Origin: Hemiscyllium ocellatum
Taxonomy: Eukaryota
Assembly: GCF_020745735.1 (NCBI RefSeq)
Contig: NC_083435.1
Span: 4,565,905 to 4,629,904 of the forward strand
Reading direction: 5' to 3'
DNA: 64,000 nt
Below, one piece after another: positions 37,841 to 49,685 of the stretch. The notes under the pieces are model-generated. The model was not told where the DNA came from. It ran no database searches and saw only the letters and a list, made by a program, of their open reading frames with translations. A program made the position numbers and the translations under genes. Position 1 is the stretch's first letter, and the number at the start of each line of letters is the position of its first letter.

Positions 37841-39483
37841 GATCTCTCCCCCCCCCCGCCCCCGCCCGGCGGCAGCGGGAAAGGATGGGGCTGTGTGTGT
37901 GTGTGTGGATGGAGTGGGATCTGCAGGGAGCCCGGGGCTGGGTCCCTGGGGAAGGGGAGCGGGTATGTGCTGTCAGGGAGTGTCCAGGAATTGGAGTAAA
38001 TCTCATGGACAGTGCAGCAGGAAAACCCTGGGGGAAAGGGGAAAAAACACACACACAGGCTGCTTGTAAAAGTTGAGGCGTGATTCTCATCTTCTTATTA
38101 AAAAAATCTTCCTATAACATTATTATATAAGGGTTTGGGGGTGAGGGTTAAATCTGTTTAATTGTCCCTCTGATAAGATGTGGACATCAGCTGCAAGGTC
38201 TATAATCATTGCCAGTCCTGTATTTGTTCTGGGTCAGAGTGTCTGTGGGTCATTTCAGAGGGCAGTGAGGATTTATTTTGGAATAGTGAGAGAGCAATTT
38301 GATAGTAGTTTAGGTCAGTATGAGAGATTATCATAATGTGGATAATGTGGTCAGAGGCTTATCTTAGGATGAGGGTTCATGATCTCTCTGGAATTGCCTC
38401 AAAGGTAAATACTGATCCTATTATTAATTTGTTGTTGACGGCACAATGTTGATCTTACATAAATGACACAACAAACAGACGTGAGCAAAAGAATGTCCAA
38501 GATGCAGCAGATCCCTGTGAAGGCTGTTATTGGCAGGTCTTGAAGCACAAATACTGAACAGGAACTGGACTTTCATCCTATCTAGCCCAATCAACACACT
38601 CCTGAGAACCTGATGTTTGCATTTTAAGTCTTTAGTCACTTGGAACAAAATATAATGTATTATCTGAATGTAAAATTCGTGGTGCAGGCAAAACTGTTCT
38701 TTCTTTTCAGAAAAAGAAACAACTTGTCGAGGAATATTTTCAATTAATTAACTGCGAATCTCTACGGGAAACATAGCAGCCAATTCTCACACAGCAAGCT
38801 CCCATAAACAGCAATGTGAGAATGACTGAATAATTATTGAGCGTTGTTGTGGGATAGCTATTGACCAGTGAGCGGGGAACTACTCAGGATCTCCTTCATG
38901 CATTCAGAATGATTGTCATTTCCAGCTCATTTCCCCTTGATCTGGAATATCTGATCTCCTCGTTTACCTCTGGCCATCCCGACTCACACATCAGTTCCCA
39001 GTTTATGAGCCACCATGCAAAAGCAGGCCATTCAGCCAATCAAGTCTGCACAAACCTCAGGACAGCATTCCACCTAGGTGCAATCATGGGGTTTTTACCA
39101 CAGCAAATCCACCTAACCTGCACATGTTTGGACTGTGGGAGGAAGCCTGAGCACCCAGGGGAAACCTACACAGACATGGTAAGCCAGCGACCCAAATGCC
39201 CAAAGTGGGGAAGCCAGTGACCAGCATGCCCGAAGCAAGGACACCAGTGCCCTCGGGGTGTGGGGGGCAGTGGCCCAATGCAGAACCTGCAGCTCCTGAG
39301 AACAGACCACACAGAGGCCCCTGCGCTGGTCTGCTATGGAGAGCCTTTGGAGAGAGTTGGTGATGTTTGTCTTTTTAATTTGCTTCCTGTTTTCCTGACC
39401 TATGGTTATACTGTGTATAGCTGTAATGTAACTTCTTTTTCTTCATTTTTTCAATTCTGTCAATCAGTGTTGTACCTAGGTAT

Positions 39484-40183
39484 TATTATGACACAGGATA
39501 AACCCTCCTGCTTATTTCAACCCAGTAACACAGAAAAGATTTATCCCATGCAGCAATCTGTGAAAATTTGGTACGCGAAGAACTCTTTAAAGTAAAAGTA
39601 ACAACTTTATTTCTTACAGTATAACAGAGAATAATTAACTAAACTATTTACAAGTTCTTCCTCTAACCTATCTTTTAGCTTTCCCTTCCACAATATTAGT
39701 CCAATAAAATTCCCAATTAAGATTTACAAAACAAAACTTCTTATCTTAAAACCATTCTGCTTTCAGTTCTCCTCTGTATTCCTGTCTTCTTCTTCTTGGG
39801 GATTCTGCTTCACAGGTTACTGATTGATAATGGTACCTTTAAGAGACCTATTTTTCAGGCAGTCTTTACATGCTGGTAGCTTGGCAGTTCTCCTTTCAAC
39901 TGTTTAATTTTCCCTGGTCTTAAAGCTCCCAAAGCATTGGATTGTGTCATTGGCTTTTAAGATTGTCAATATACTTAATTCAAACTTGATTAGAGCTGGA
40001 TATTTTGGGGTATAATTTAAACTGATTGGCCAAATTTGATTTTTTTTCCCCAGGCAACCAGCTAATCGAGTTGTTCAACCAAATGTTACATTATATTTTT
40101 TTTCAGAACACATGGTGCTGTCAGCTAGTTTTTGCTAGCTTTTAATTCGCTTCAAGATACAGTACAATCACACCTTCATGACA
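39484..40183 (-). repeat. 3' LTR of the gypsy element (about 700 bp)
   Basis: Begins TGTCATGA right after the PPT; ends with near-inverted TCATAATA. Confidence 0.7.
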
Positions 40184-42723
40184 ACTCCCCCCTTTAAGAA
40201 AAATGAACCATCATACTGAAAATATGGCTTCATTTTTTTCTCTACTTTTTAAACACATTACCCTAACATACAGATAACTTTAATACAAGTTCACCTTAAC
40301 TTCTTCCCATATACTTGTATTTATAAAATATTAAATACATACAAATCTCAACTAAACTCTCAGTTAAATCCATGATAAACATCTCTGCTTACATTATTAC
40401 GACCTGCGACATGTATGATTTTTAAAATTAAAAGTCTGTAACATCAGACTCCAATGAAATAGTCTCAAATTCTTGTCTTTAAAGCATTCCAAGAATGTAA
40501 GTGGATTATGAGCCATGTACACAACTGTCTCTGATACATTATTCATGACATACACATTAAAATGTTGTAAGGCCAGTACCAAACTCGATAGTTCCTTTTC
40601 AGTTATGGAGTATTTCCTGTGGCGGATGTTGAACTTCTTCGAAAAGTAACCAACTGGCAGTTCAATCCCATCCGTATCTTCCTGGAGGAATACAGCTCCA
40701 ACCCCTATGTCATTAGCATCAAAGGTGACTTTAAAAGGTTTTAAAATGTTTGGCGCAGCTAAAGTTAGTGGTTAACGTGGCTTTCAAATGGTCGAGTGCC
40801 TCTTGGTATTGTTCTTCAGCAAATTGGTTAACAGTGCCACTAAACTGCTGAAGTTTGGGACAAATTTTCAATAGAATCCGCTGAGTCCTTAGAATCGAAG
40901 CATGTCTTTCTTCAAGGTTGGTCATGGAAATTACTCAATGGCCTTTATCTTTGTGTTCTGTGGGGTCAACCTTCCATGAGTGATCTTATGTTCCAAGAAC
41001 ATCACCTCTGCTTTCGCAAATTCAGTTTTATTTAAGTTTATCACCAGTTTTGCTTCTCGTAGTTGTTCAAAGAGCTCTGCTAACTGTACCACGTATTCTT
41101 TCCAGGACTTACTAAAGTTCACTACTTCATGCAAATAGACGCACAGTTTGTTAACCCAGCTACAACTCTGTTCACGAATCTTTGCAATGTGGCAGGTGCA
41201 TTCTTCATTCCAAGGGGTATCACTTCAAACTGATGGAGCCCATGTGGGGTTACAAATGCAGAAACTTCTTTTGCCATCTCTGATAAAGGTGCCTGCCAGT
41301 GACCACGCGTTAAGTCCAAATTCGTGATGTAACTGGCTTGTCTGACTTTCTAGATACAGTCCTCCAAACTAGGAATTGGATATGAGTCCGATTTTGTAAT
41401 GGCGTTGACCTGCGATAATCCATGCAGAATCATTGAGTCCCACCCAGTTTGGGAACTAAGACAATTGGCGATCTCCACTCACTCTGGCTTGGTTCGATGA
41501 TGTCCTCATCAAACATGGCCTCCACCTCCAAAGTCAGAGCTGTGAAAGGATTAAACCAATAAGGATGTTGTTTTATCAGAGCAATATTCCCTTCGTCTAC
41601 TTCATGTATAATCCAATTAGTCCTCTCATCTGATTCTTACATGTGTCTTTATACTGCAGTAACAAATCTTTCAACTGCATTCTATGCTCCTGAGACAGAT
41701 AGCTTACTAAGCTATTCCACTCTGCAAGGACTTCTTCATTTTAAAATCTATTTTGAGACATCTCAAAATCCGTATCGTCTGGATTTGATTCCTCACTCTA
41801 CAGGGCAGTAACTAATACCCGTTCCTCCAGTTCTTTCTCCCTAGTATAATACAGTTTCAAGATGTTCACATGACATACCCGATACCTTTTTCTTCTATCT
41901 GGAATCTTTACTAAATAGTTCACCTGACTACCTTTTCTCAATTTGATAGGGACTGCTAAACCTGGCTTTGAAAGTATCTCCTATCATTGGTGACAGTACT
42001 AACACATTATCCCCTCGGGAAAACATCTGAGTCTCAGAACCTTTGTTTGTCACCTGCTTCATTCTACGCTGTGCCCTCTTCAGGTGTTGTTTAGTTAACT
42101 CACCAACTCTAATCTCCCACCTCCGATACAGAATCTTCAACTTTGGTCCTGTCAATTTTCCTTTAATTAATTTCAAAGGACCTCTCACTTCATGACCAAA
42201 TACTAACTTAAAGGGAGTGAACGGAGTAGATTCATTTGGGGCATCTCTAATGGCAAACAATAGGAATGGGATACCTTTACCCCAATCACTCGGGTAATCC
42301 TGACAGTATGCTGTCAACATGGTCTTCAAGGTCTGATGCCACTTTTCTAAAGCTCCCTGGGATTCAGGAAGATATGCACTGGATTTAAAGTGCTGTATGC
42401 CTAAGCTATCCATAACCTTCTTTTACAGCCTTGCAGTAAAATGTGACCCTTAATCCAACTGATCCTCTGGGTAGCCCATACTGTGTGAAGAAAGCTATTA
42501 ATTCCTCTACTACCCTTTTTTGCCTTAATACTCCGTAAAGGAATTGCCTCCGGAATTCTGGTTGACACATCCATTATGGTTAACAACAAGTACTGGTTCC
42601 CACGTTTTTTCTCGGGAGGGGACCTACACAATCAATTATAACCTACATAGAATATTCTTCAAATGCAGGAATTGGCAGTAAAGGTGATGGTTTTGTTGCC
42701 ACCTGTGGCTAACCTACCATTTA

Positions 42724-45700
42724 TAGAACATAGAACATAGAAGGATACAGCGCAGTACAGGCCCTTCGGCCCTCGATGTTGCGCCGACCGAATCCTACCT
42801 AACCTATACTAGCCCAATAACTTGCAAATGCCTATCCAATGCCCGCTTAAATGACCATAAAGAAGGAGAGTTCACCACTGATACGGGCAGGGCATTCCAT
42901 GAACTCACAACCCGCTGTGTGAAGAATCTACCCCTAACATCTGTCCTATACCTACCACCCCTTAATTTAAAGCTATGTCCCCTAGTAACACCTGACTCCA
43001 TTAGCGGTAAAAGGTTCTTAGTATCTACCCTATCTAAACCCCTAATCATCTTATACACTTCTATCAGATCTCCCCTAAACCTTCTCTTCTCCAATGAGAA
43101 CAGCCCCAAGTGCCTCAGCCTTTCCTCATAAGATTTTCCTACCATTCCAGGCAACATCCTGGTAAACCTCCTCTGCACTCGTTCTAAAGCTTCCACATCC
43201 TTCCTATAGTATGGCGACCAAAACTGCACACAATACTCCAGATGAGGCCTCACCAGAGTCTTATACAACTGCAACATGACCTCAGGACTCCGGAACTCAA
43301 TTCCTCTGCCAATAAAGCCCAGTACACCATATGCCTTCCTCACAGCACTATTTACCTGGGTGGCAACTTTCAGAGATCTGTGTACATGGACACCAAGATC
43401 CCTCTGCTCATCCACACTACCAAGTAGCCTACCATTAGCCCAGTAATCCATCATCTTGTTATTCCTACCAAAGTGAACGACTTCGCACTTAGCTACATTG
43501 AATTCCATTTGCCACATTTCCGCCCAGCTCTGCAACTTATCTATATCCCGCTGTAACCTACCACTTCCTTCCTCACTATCCGCAACTCCACCGACTTTTG
43601 TGTCATCCGCAAACTTGCTTACCCAGCTTTCAAGTCCTTCCTCTAGATCATTTATAAAAATAACGAAAAGCAATGGTCCCAAAACAGATCCTTGTGGTAC
43701 ACCGCTAGTAACTGCGCTCCAAGATGAACATAATCCATCAACTACTACCCTCTGTCTCCTTCCAGCCAGCCAATTCCTAATCCAAACCTCTAATGTATCC
43801 TCAATGCCATACCTCCGTAGTTTTAGCATTAGCCTACCATGGGGAACCTTATCGAACGCCTTACTAAAATCCATATACACAACATCTACTGCTTTACCCT
43901 CGTCCACTTCCTTAGTCACCTTCTCAAAGAACTCAATAAGGTTTGTGAGGCACAACCTACCCTTCACAAAACCATGCTGGCTATCCCTGATCACGTTATT
44001 CCTACCCAGATGTTCATAAATCTTATCCCTTACCATTCTCTCTAAGACTTTGCCCACCACTGAAGTCAGACTCACTGGCCTATAGTTACTAGGGCTATCC
44101 CTACTCCCTTTCTTGAACAATGGGACCACATTCGCTATCCTCCAGTCCTCTGGTACTATTCCCGTTGACAATGACGACATAAAAATCCAGGCCAATGGCT
44201 CTGCTATCTCCTCCCGAGCTTCCCATAGGATCCTGGGGTAAATGCCATCAGGCCCAGGAGACTTATCTATATTCATCCTTTCCAATATTCCCAAAACCTC
44301 TTCTCTGCATATTTCCAGGGCATCCATTCTAATTATTTGTGATTCCATATTCACATCAGCAACAGTGTCCTGTTCCTGAGTGAATACTGATGAAAAGTAC
44401 TGATTTAATGTCTCTCCAATCTCCTCCGCCTCCACACACAACTTCCCACTACTATCCTTGACTGGACCGATACCTACCCTAGTCATCCTTTTATTCTTGA
44501 CATACCTATAGAAAGCCTTTGGGTTTTCCCTAATCCTACCAGCTAAAGACTTTTCATGTCCCCTTCTCGCTTCTCTTAGCTCCCTCTTTAGCTCCTTCCT
44601 GGCTACCTTATAACTCTCAATCGCCCCTACTGAACCTTCACGCCTCATCTTTACATATGCCGCCTTCTTCCCTTTCACAAGGGACTCCAATTCCTTACTA
44701 AACCACGGCTGCCTCACAAGGCCCTTTACACCATGCCTGACTGGTACATACCTATCGAGGACACGCAGTAGCTGCTCCTTGAACAATCCCCACATCTCAT
44801 TAGTGTTCTTCTCTTGAAGCCTGTTTTTCCAATCCACACATCCTAAGTCATGCCTCACTGCATCATAATTTCCCTGCCCCCAGCTATAACTCTTGCCCTG
44901 CGGCGCACGATTATCCCTCTCCATCACTAAAGTAAAAGTCACCGAGTTGTGGTCACTGTCCCCGAAGTGCTCACCTACCTCCAAGTCTAACACCTGGCCT
45001 GGTTCATTACCTAGAACCAAATCCAATATAGCCTCCCCTCTTGTTGGCCTGTCGACATATTGTGTCAGGAAACCCTCCTGCACACATTGTACAAACACCG
45101 ACCCATCTAATGAACTTGAGCTATAGCTCTCCCAGTCAATATCTGGGAAGTTAAAGTCCCCCATAACAACCACACTGCTACCTTCACTCTTTTCCTGAAT
45201 CATCCTCGCAATATTATCCTCTACTTCTCTAGGACTATTAGGAGGCCTGTAGAAAACACCTAACAGGGTGACCTCACCTTTCCTATTTCTAACCTCAGCC
45301 CAAACTACCTCAGATGGCAAGTCCTCTTCCATCGTCCATTCCACTGCTGTGATACTATCTTTGACAAGTAATGCCACGCCTCCCCGTTTTTTACCCCCAT
45401 GTCTGATCCTATTAAAACATTTGAACCCTGGAACGTGCAACAGCCATTCTTGTCCCTGTTCTACCCACGTCTCTGTAATGGCCACAACATCGAAGTCCCA
45501 GGTACCAACCCACGCTGTAAGTTCACCTACCTTATTCCTTATACTTCTGGCATTGAAGTATACACACTTCAATCCACCCTTCTGGTTACAGGCACCCTCC
45601 TTAGAGATCACTGCATTATTCCTAACCTCCCTACACTCAAGGTCCTGTACCCTAAAGCTACAGTCCTGGTTCCCATGCCCCCACGGAGTTAGTTTAAACC

Positions 45701-45728
45701 CTCCATGGGTTTAAAATTAACCCTCCAT
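42724..45728 (-). mobile_element. Young 5'-truncated CR1 LINE inserted in the gypsy integrase
   Basis: TSD ccattta (42717-42723 / 45729-45735); (TTCTATG)n 3' tail; host integrase reading HTC*MVG resumes across the site. Confidence 0.93.
42804..45611 (-). CDS. Intact CR1 ORF2: APE endonuclease + reverse transcriptase (frame stays open upstream to about 45710; no AUG at start)
   Basis: YFNARS, TETW, GDFN, SDH endonuclease motifs; [21 protein letters not shown] motifs; 935 codons without a stop. Confidence 0.93.
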   Translation of the reverse strand: MISKEGACNQKGGLKCVYFNARSIRNKVGELTAWVGTWDFDVVAITETWVEQGQEWLLHVPGFKCFNRIRHGGKKRGGVALLVKDSITAVEWTMEEDLPSEVVWAEVRNRKGEVTLLGVFYRPPNSPREVEDNIARMIQEKSEGSSVVVMGDFNFPDIDWESYSSSSLDGSVFVQCVQEGFLTQYVDRPTRGEAILDLVLGNEPGQVLDLEVGEHFGDSDHNSVTFTLVMERDNRAPQGKSYSWGQGNYDAVRHDLGCVDWKNRLQEKNTNEMWGLFKEQLLRVLDRYVPVRHGVKGLVRQPWFSKELESLVKGKKAAYVKMRREGSVGAIESYKVARKELKRELREARRGHEKSLAGRIRENPKAFYRYVKNKRMTRVGIGPVKDSSGKLCVEAEEIGETLNQYFSSVFTQEQDTVADVNMESQIIRMDALEICREEVLGILERMNIDKSPGPDGIYPRILWEAREEIAEPLAWIFMSSLSTGIVPEDWRIANVVPLFKKGSRDSPSNYRPVSLTSVVGKVLERMVRDKIYEHLGRNNVIRDSQHGFVKGRLCLTNLIEFFEKVTKEVDEGKAVDVVYMDFSKAFDKVPHGRLMLKLRRYGIEDTLEVWIRNWLAGRRQRVVVDGLCSSWSAVTSGVPQGSVLGPLLFVIFINDLEEGLESWVSKFADDTKVGGVADSEEGSGRLQRDIDKLQSWAEMWQMEFNVAKCEVVHFGRNNKMMDYWANGRLLGSVDEQRDLGVHVHRSLKVATQVNSAVRKAYGVLGFIGRGIEFRSPEVMLQLYKTLVRPHLEYCVQFWSPYYRKDVEALERVQRRFTRMLPGMVGKSYEERLRHLGLFSLEKRRFRGDLIEVYKMIRGLDRVDTKNLLPLMESGVTRGHSFKLRGGRYRTDVRGRFFTQRVVSSWNALPVSVVNSPSLWSFKRALDRHLQVIGLV

Positions 45729-47601
45729 CCATTTAGCATGTATGAAACGCACGGCAAAAGTTAACCACATTCTTGTGCATTCCAGGTCAATAAAACTGTT
45801 TTGTACCTTGGCCTGAGTCTTTCGTACCACGAGGTGAGCTCTTACAGATCATTCATGAGCTGCGTGTAACACCTCCAGTCTGTATGCTACCGGCAACACG
45901 ATCTGGTGCACTTTGGCCCACTTCTTCTCTGCCCTAACCTGCTGTGGTCTCCATTTCTGTCTTAGGATTCTATCTTTCAGATAATAACCCTCCAGAATAT
46001 TTTCTGCCTCCATTTCAGAGTACACATCCACATACATGTCTTTTATTTTCTTGTCTTGGTGTTGCAAGTCTCTTAGCCTTTCAGGAGTAAACATATCTTT
46101 CTGACCCTCTGCCTTTTCAGGTTTTTCCTGCACCATTATGTCAAACAGGATGTCTGCTAACCGAACCTCAACTCCTTCATCTTTCTCTCTATTTTTCACT
46201 TCATTTTATGATTGTGGAATCTGGTTGCCACACAGTCTGGGAAAATACCAGGATATTTCTGTTTTATCTCCTCAGTTTCTTGGTCTTCCTTGGGCTTCTC
46301 CACCACAAGGGGTGTCACTCCCCCTTGGATCCTGCCAAATCATTCCCAAGAACAAACTGAATTCCTAGAACTGACACTTGGTCAATCGCTTGCACTGTAA
46401 CTTCCCCAGTCTTGAGTTGGCACTCCAACCTGATCTTACATAGGGGAATGTTAAATTTCTGTCCATCTATCCCACAAATTACCACACTCTTGGGTAACAG
46501 ATCAGAAAGAGTGCATATTCGCTCATTCCTTACTGTAAGCAACTGGTTAGATCCTGTATCTCTCAAAGTTATAATTTCTTGCCCTTCTCCCTCTGTTCTT
46601 TCTACGTAAACTTTACCCACAGAGGCGAATTCTTCATAGCAATCAGGTACTAACTCCGTACCCAGCCCCTGCTGAGACTATGCACTCTCCTGCAGGTCCT
46701 CAGCTCCTCTTGGGGTCTCCTTTACTACCTTCACTAATGCGACTGGCTTAGCTTCTTTTACCACGTCCTTTTCCCACAGTGCCTTTCTTTAACCACCAGC
46801 ACTGTAACTTTACGTGTCCCACTTTACCACAGTGGAAACACCTGAGGCTTTTACCTCCTTTCCACCCTCTTGGGCTTCTTTTTATCCTGTGGTAAATTCT
46901 TACCAGTGCGCTCCACTCTTGCTTTCATTGTGTAGGATCTGCCCTTCTCCCAATTTCTATCCCTCACAGGATGAAATTCTGGCCAGAAGCTTGTCTTACG
47001 CACCAACATGTACCCATCTGCTAATTCTGCTGCCCTTCTCACTTCCTGAACTTTATGTTTCTCCATGTGAATTCTTACCAGCTCTGGAAGTGAGTTTTTA
47101 AACTCCTCCGGCAGAATAATCTCTCTTAGAGCCTCAAAGATTTTATATATTTTCAAAGCACATATCCATTGATCAAAATGTCTGTGTTCATTTTACCAGA
47201 GTGGCGAGTAGTGAAGCAAGGGCTGCCAGGAAGGGTGAGTTTTCTCGCATTAAAAGGGACTTACCTCGTGAGTCGGGCCTCCATTTTACCAGACCGGCGA
47301 GGAGAGAAGGAGAGGTGAAGGGAGGGCTGTCGGAAAGGGTGAGTTTTCCTGCATTAAAAGGGACTTACCTCAGGAGTCGGGCCTCCACTTGCCGAGAGGT
47401 GCGAGGGAGGAGCGAAGGACTTCTGGGAAGCCATATATTTGTGTGGTTGCATTACCCAAAACACTACTTGGGTAGTGTCTCCCACCCATCCTCCTCCTCT
47501 AATCAAAAAACAAGGTTCTGTGCGCCAGATTGGTGAGGTAACGAGTTTATTTTTTATTCCTTATTTTTCAACAGTCTCTTTGGGAATTTAGAATAGTGGG
47601 A

Positions 47602-48532
47602 ATGGAGGTTAGAGCAGTTGAATGTTCCTCCTACAGAATGCGGGAGGTAAGGGTCCCCACTAGTGTCCATGCTGACTACCTCTGCGGGAAGTGCACCCAA
47701 CTCCAGCTCCTCGAAAACCGCGTTAGGAAACTGGAGCTGGAGCTGGATGAACTTCGGATCATTCGGGAGGCAGAGGGAGTTATTGAGAGGAGTTACAGGG
47801 AGGTAATCACTCCTAAGGTACAAGAAAAAGGCAGATGGGTTACAGTCAGGGTACAGAAAGGCAACCAACAAGCAGTGCAGGGATCCCCTGTGACCATTCC
47901 CCTCAACAATAAGTATACTGTTGAGGGCGGTGGGGGGGAACTTACCAGGGGAAAGCAGTGGCGCACAGGTCTCTGGCGCAGAATCTGTCCCTGCTGCTCA
48001 GAAGGGAAGGGGGAAGAGGAGCAGAGCAGTAGTCATTGGAGACTTCATAGTTAGGGAGACAGATAGGATATTCTGTGGGGATGAGAGAGACTCACGGTTG
48101 GTGTGTTGCCTCCCAGCTACCAGGGTTAGTGATGTCTCTGATCGTGTTTTTGGGATCCTTAAGGGGGAGGGGGAGCAGCCCCAAGTCATGGTCCACATAG
48201 GCACCAACGACATAGGTAGGAAGAGAGATGGGGATTTAAGGCAGAAATTCAGGGAGCTAGGATGGAAGCTTAGAGCTAGGACAAACAGAGTTGTTGTCTC
48301 TGGTTTGTTGCCCGTGCCATGGGCGAGTGAGGCAAGGAATAGGGAGAGAGAGGAGTTGACCACGTGGCTACAGGGATGGTGCAGGAGGGAGGGTTTTGGA
48401 TTCTTGGATAATTGGGGCTCTTTCTGGGGTAGTTGGGACCTCTACAAGCAGGATGGTCTTTATCTGAACCAGAGGGGTACCAATATCCTGGGGTGCAAAT
48501 TCGCTAAGGCTATTGGAGTGGGTTTAAACTAA
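47602..48532 (+). pseudogene. CR1 ORF1 (zinc finger/leucine zipper + SGNH esterase), one frameshift near 47930
   Basis: CSS(C>Y)..CGKC + LENRVRKLELEL; VIGDFIVR, VHIGTNDIG, DGLYLNQRG esterase blocks. Confidence 0.85.
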
Positions 48533-48640
48533 TCCAACAAGGGGATGGGAACAAAAATTTAGTTCGAGTATAGAAAAGACTGAGAGTAGGGAGGTCCGAA
48601 ATCAAGTTTCAGGGATGCAAGATGGCACTGGCAAGCAAGA

Positions 48641-49144
48641 GAGAGTGAGGACTGCAGATGCTGGAGATCAGAGCTGAAAATGTGTTGCTGGAACTCCCCC
48701 TCCTACTCCACCAAGGACATGCAGGTCCTTGGACTCCTCCATCGCCAGACCATAGCAACACGACTGCTGGAGGAAGAGCACCTCATCTTCCGCCTAGGAA
48801 CCCTCCAACCACAAGGGATGAACCTAGATTTCTCCAGTTTCCTCATTTCCCCAACCCCCACCTTGTCTCAGTCAAATTCCTCGAACTCAGCACCGCCTTC
48901 GTAACCTGCGATCTTCTTCCTGACCTCTCCACCCCCCACCCCCACTCTGGCCTATCGCCCTCACCTTGACCTCCTTCCACCTATCGCATTTCCAACGCCC
49001 CTCCCCCAAATCCCTCCTCCTTTTATCTTAGCCTGCTGGACATACTTTCCTCATTCCTGAAGAAGGGCTCGTGCCCGAAACGTCAACTCTCCTGCTCCTT
49101 GGATGCTGCCTGACATGCTGCGCTTTTCCAGCAACACATTTTCA
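48641..49144 (+). mobile_element. Penelope-like element 3' end (GIY-YIG C-terminus + pLTR with hammerhead) with short inverted 5' copy
   Basis: NSPSYSTKDMQVLGL..LEEEHLIFRLGTLQPQGMN; hammerhead core 49057-49084; TSD gcactggcaagcaaga (48625-48640 / 49145-49160). Confidence 0.85.
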
Positions 49145-49685
49145 GCACTGGCAAGCAAGAAGATGGTTTGAAGTGTGTCTACTTCAACACCAGGAGCAAC
49201 TGGAAAAAGGTGGGTGAACTTGCAGCTTGGGTTGGTACCTGGGACTTCGATGTTGTGGCCATTTTGGACACATGGATAGAGCAGGGACAGGAATGGTTGT
49301 TGCAGGTTCCAGGATTTCAATGTTTCAGTAAGAACAGAAAAGATGGTAAAGGTGAGGGGGTGGGGCATTGTTGGTCAAGGACAGTATTACAGTTGCAGAA
49401 AGGATGTGTGGGGACTCGTCAATTGAGGTAGTCTGGGCTGAGGTTAGAAACAGGAAAGGAGAGGTCACCTGATTGGGAGTTTTCTATAGGCCTCTGAATC
49501 GTTCCAGAGATGTGGAGGAAAGGATAGCAAGGATGAATCTCAATAGGAGTGAGAGAGACAGGGTAGTTGTCATGGGGGACTTCAACTTTCCAAATATTGA
49601 CTGGGAACACTATAATACAAGTACTATAGATGGGTCAGTTTTTGTCCAGCGTGTGTAGGAGAGCTTCCTGACACAGTATGTAGAC

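Larger units (their letters stand above)
39484..47190 (-). mobile_element. Degenerate Gmr1-like Ty3/gypsy LTR retrotransposon (gag-PR-IN-RT-RH, 3' LTR), 5' end missing
   Basis: Minus strand order: SCAN-like capsid (LREIILPEEFKNSLP), CFHCGKVGHVKLQC knuckle, LRDTGS protease, integrase (about 45850-41900), RT (about 41550-40900, LDLTRGHWQ), RNase H, PPT AAAGGGGGGAG (40185-40195), LTR. Confidence 0.85.
47190..49685 (+). mobile_element. 5' part of a full-length-type CR1 LINE: monomer 5'UTR, ORF1, start of ORF2; 3' part lost
   Basis: Tandem about 95-105 bp UTR units, ORF1 47602-48532, ORF2 start LKCVYFN..GDFNFP. Confidence 0.88.

Noticed and set aside
37551-38090. Overlapping 100-180 aa ORFs upstream of HSP70 copy 3
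   Set aside because: Arise from the GC-rich promoter lacking stop codons.
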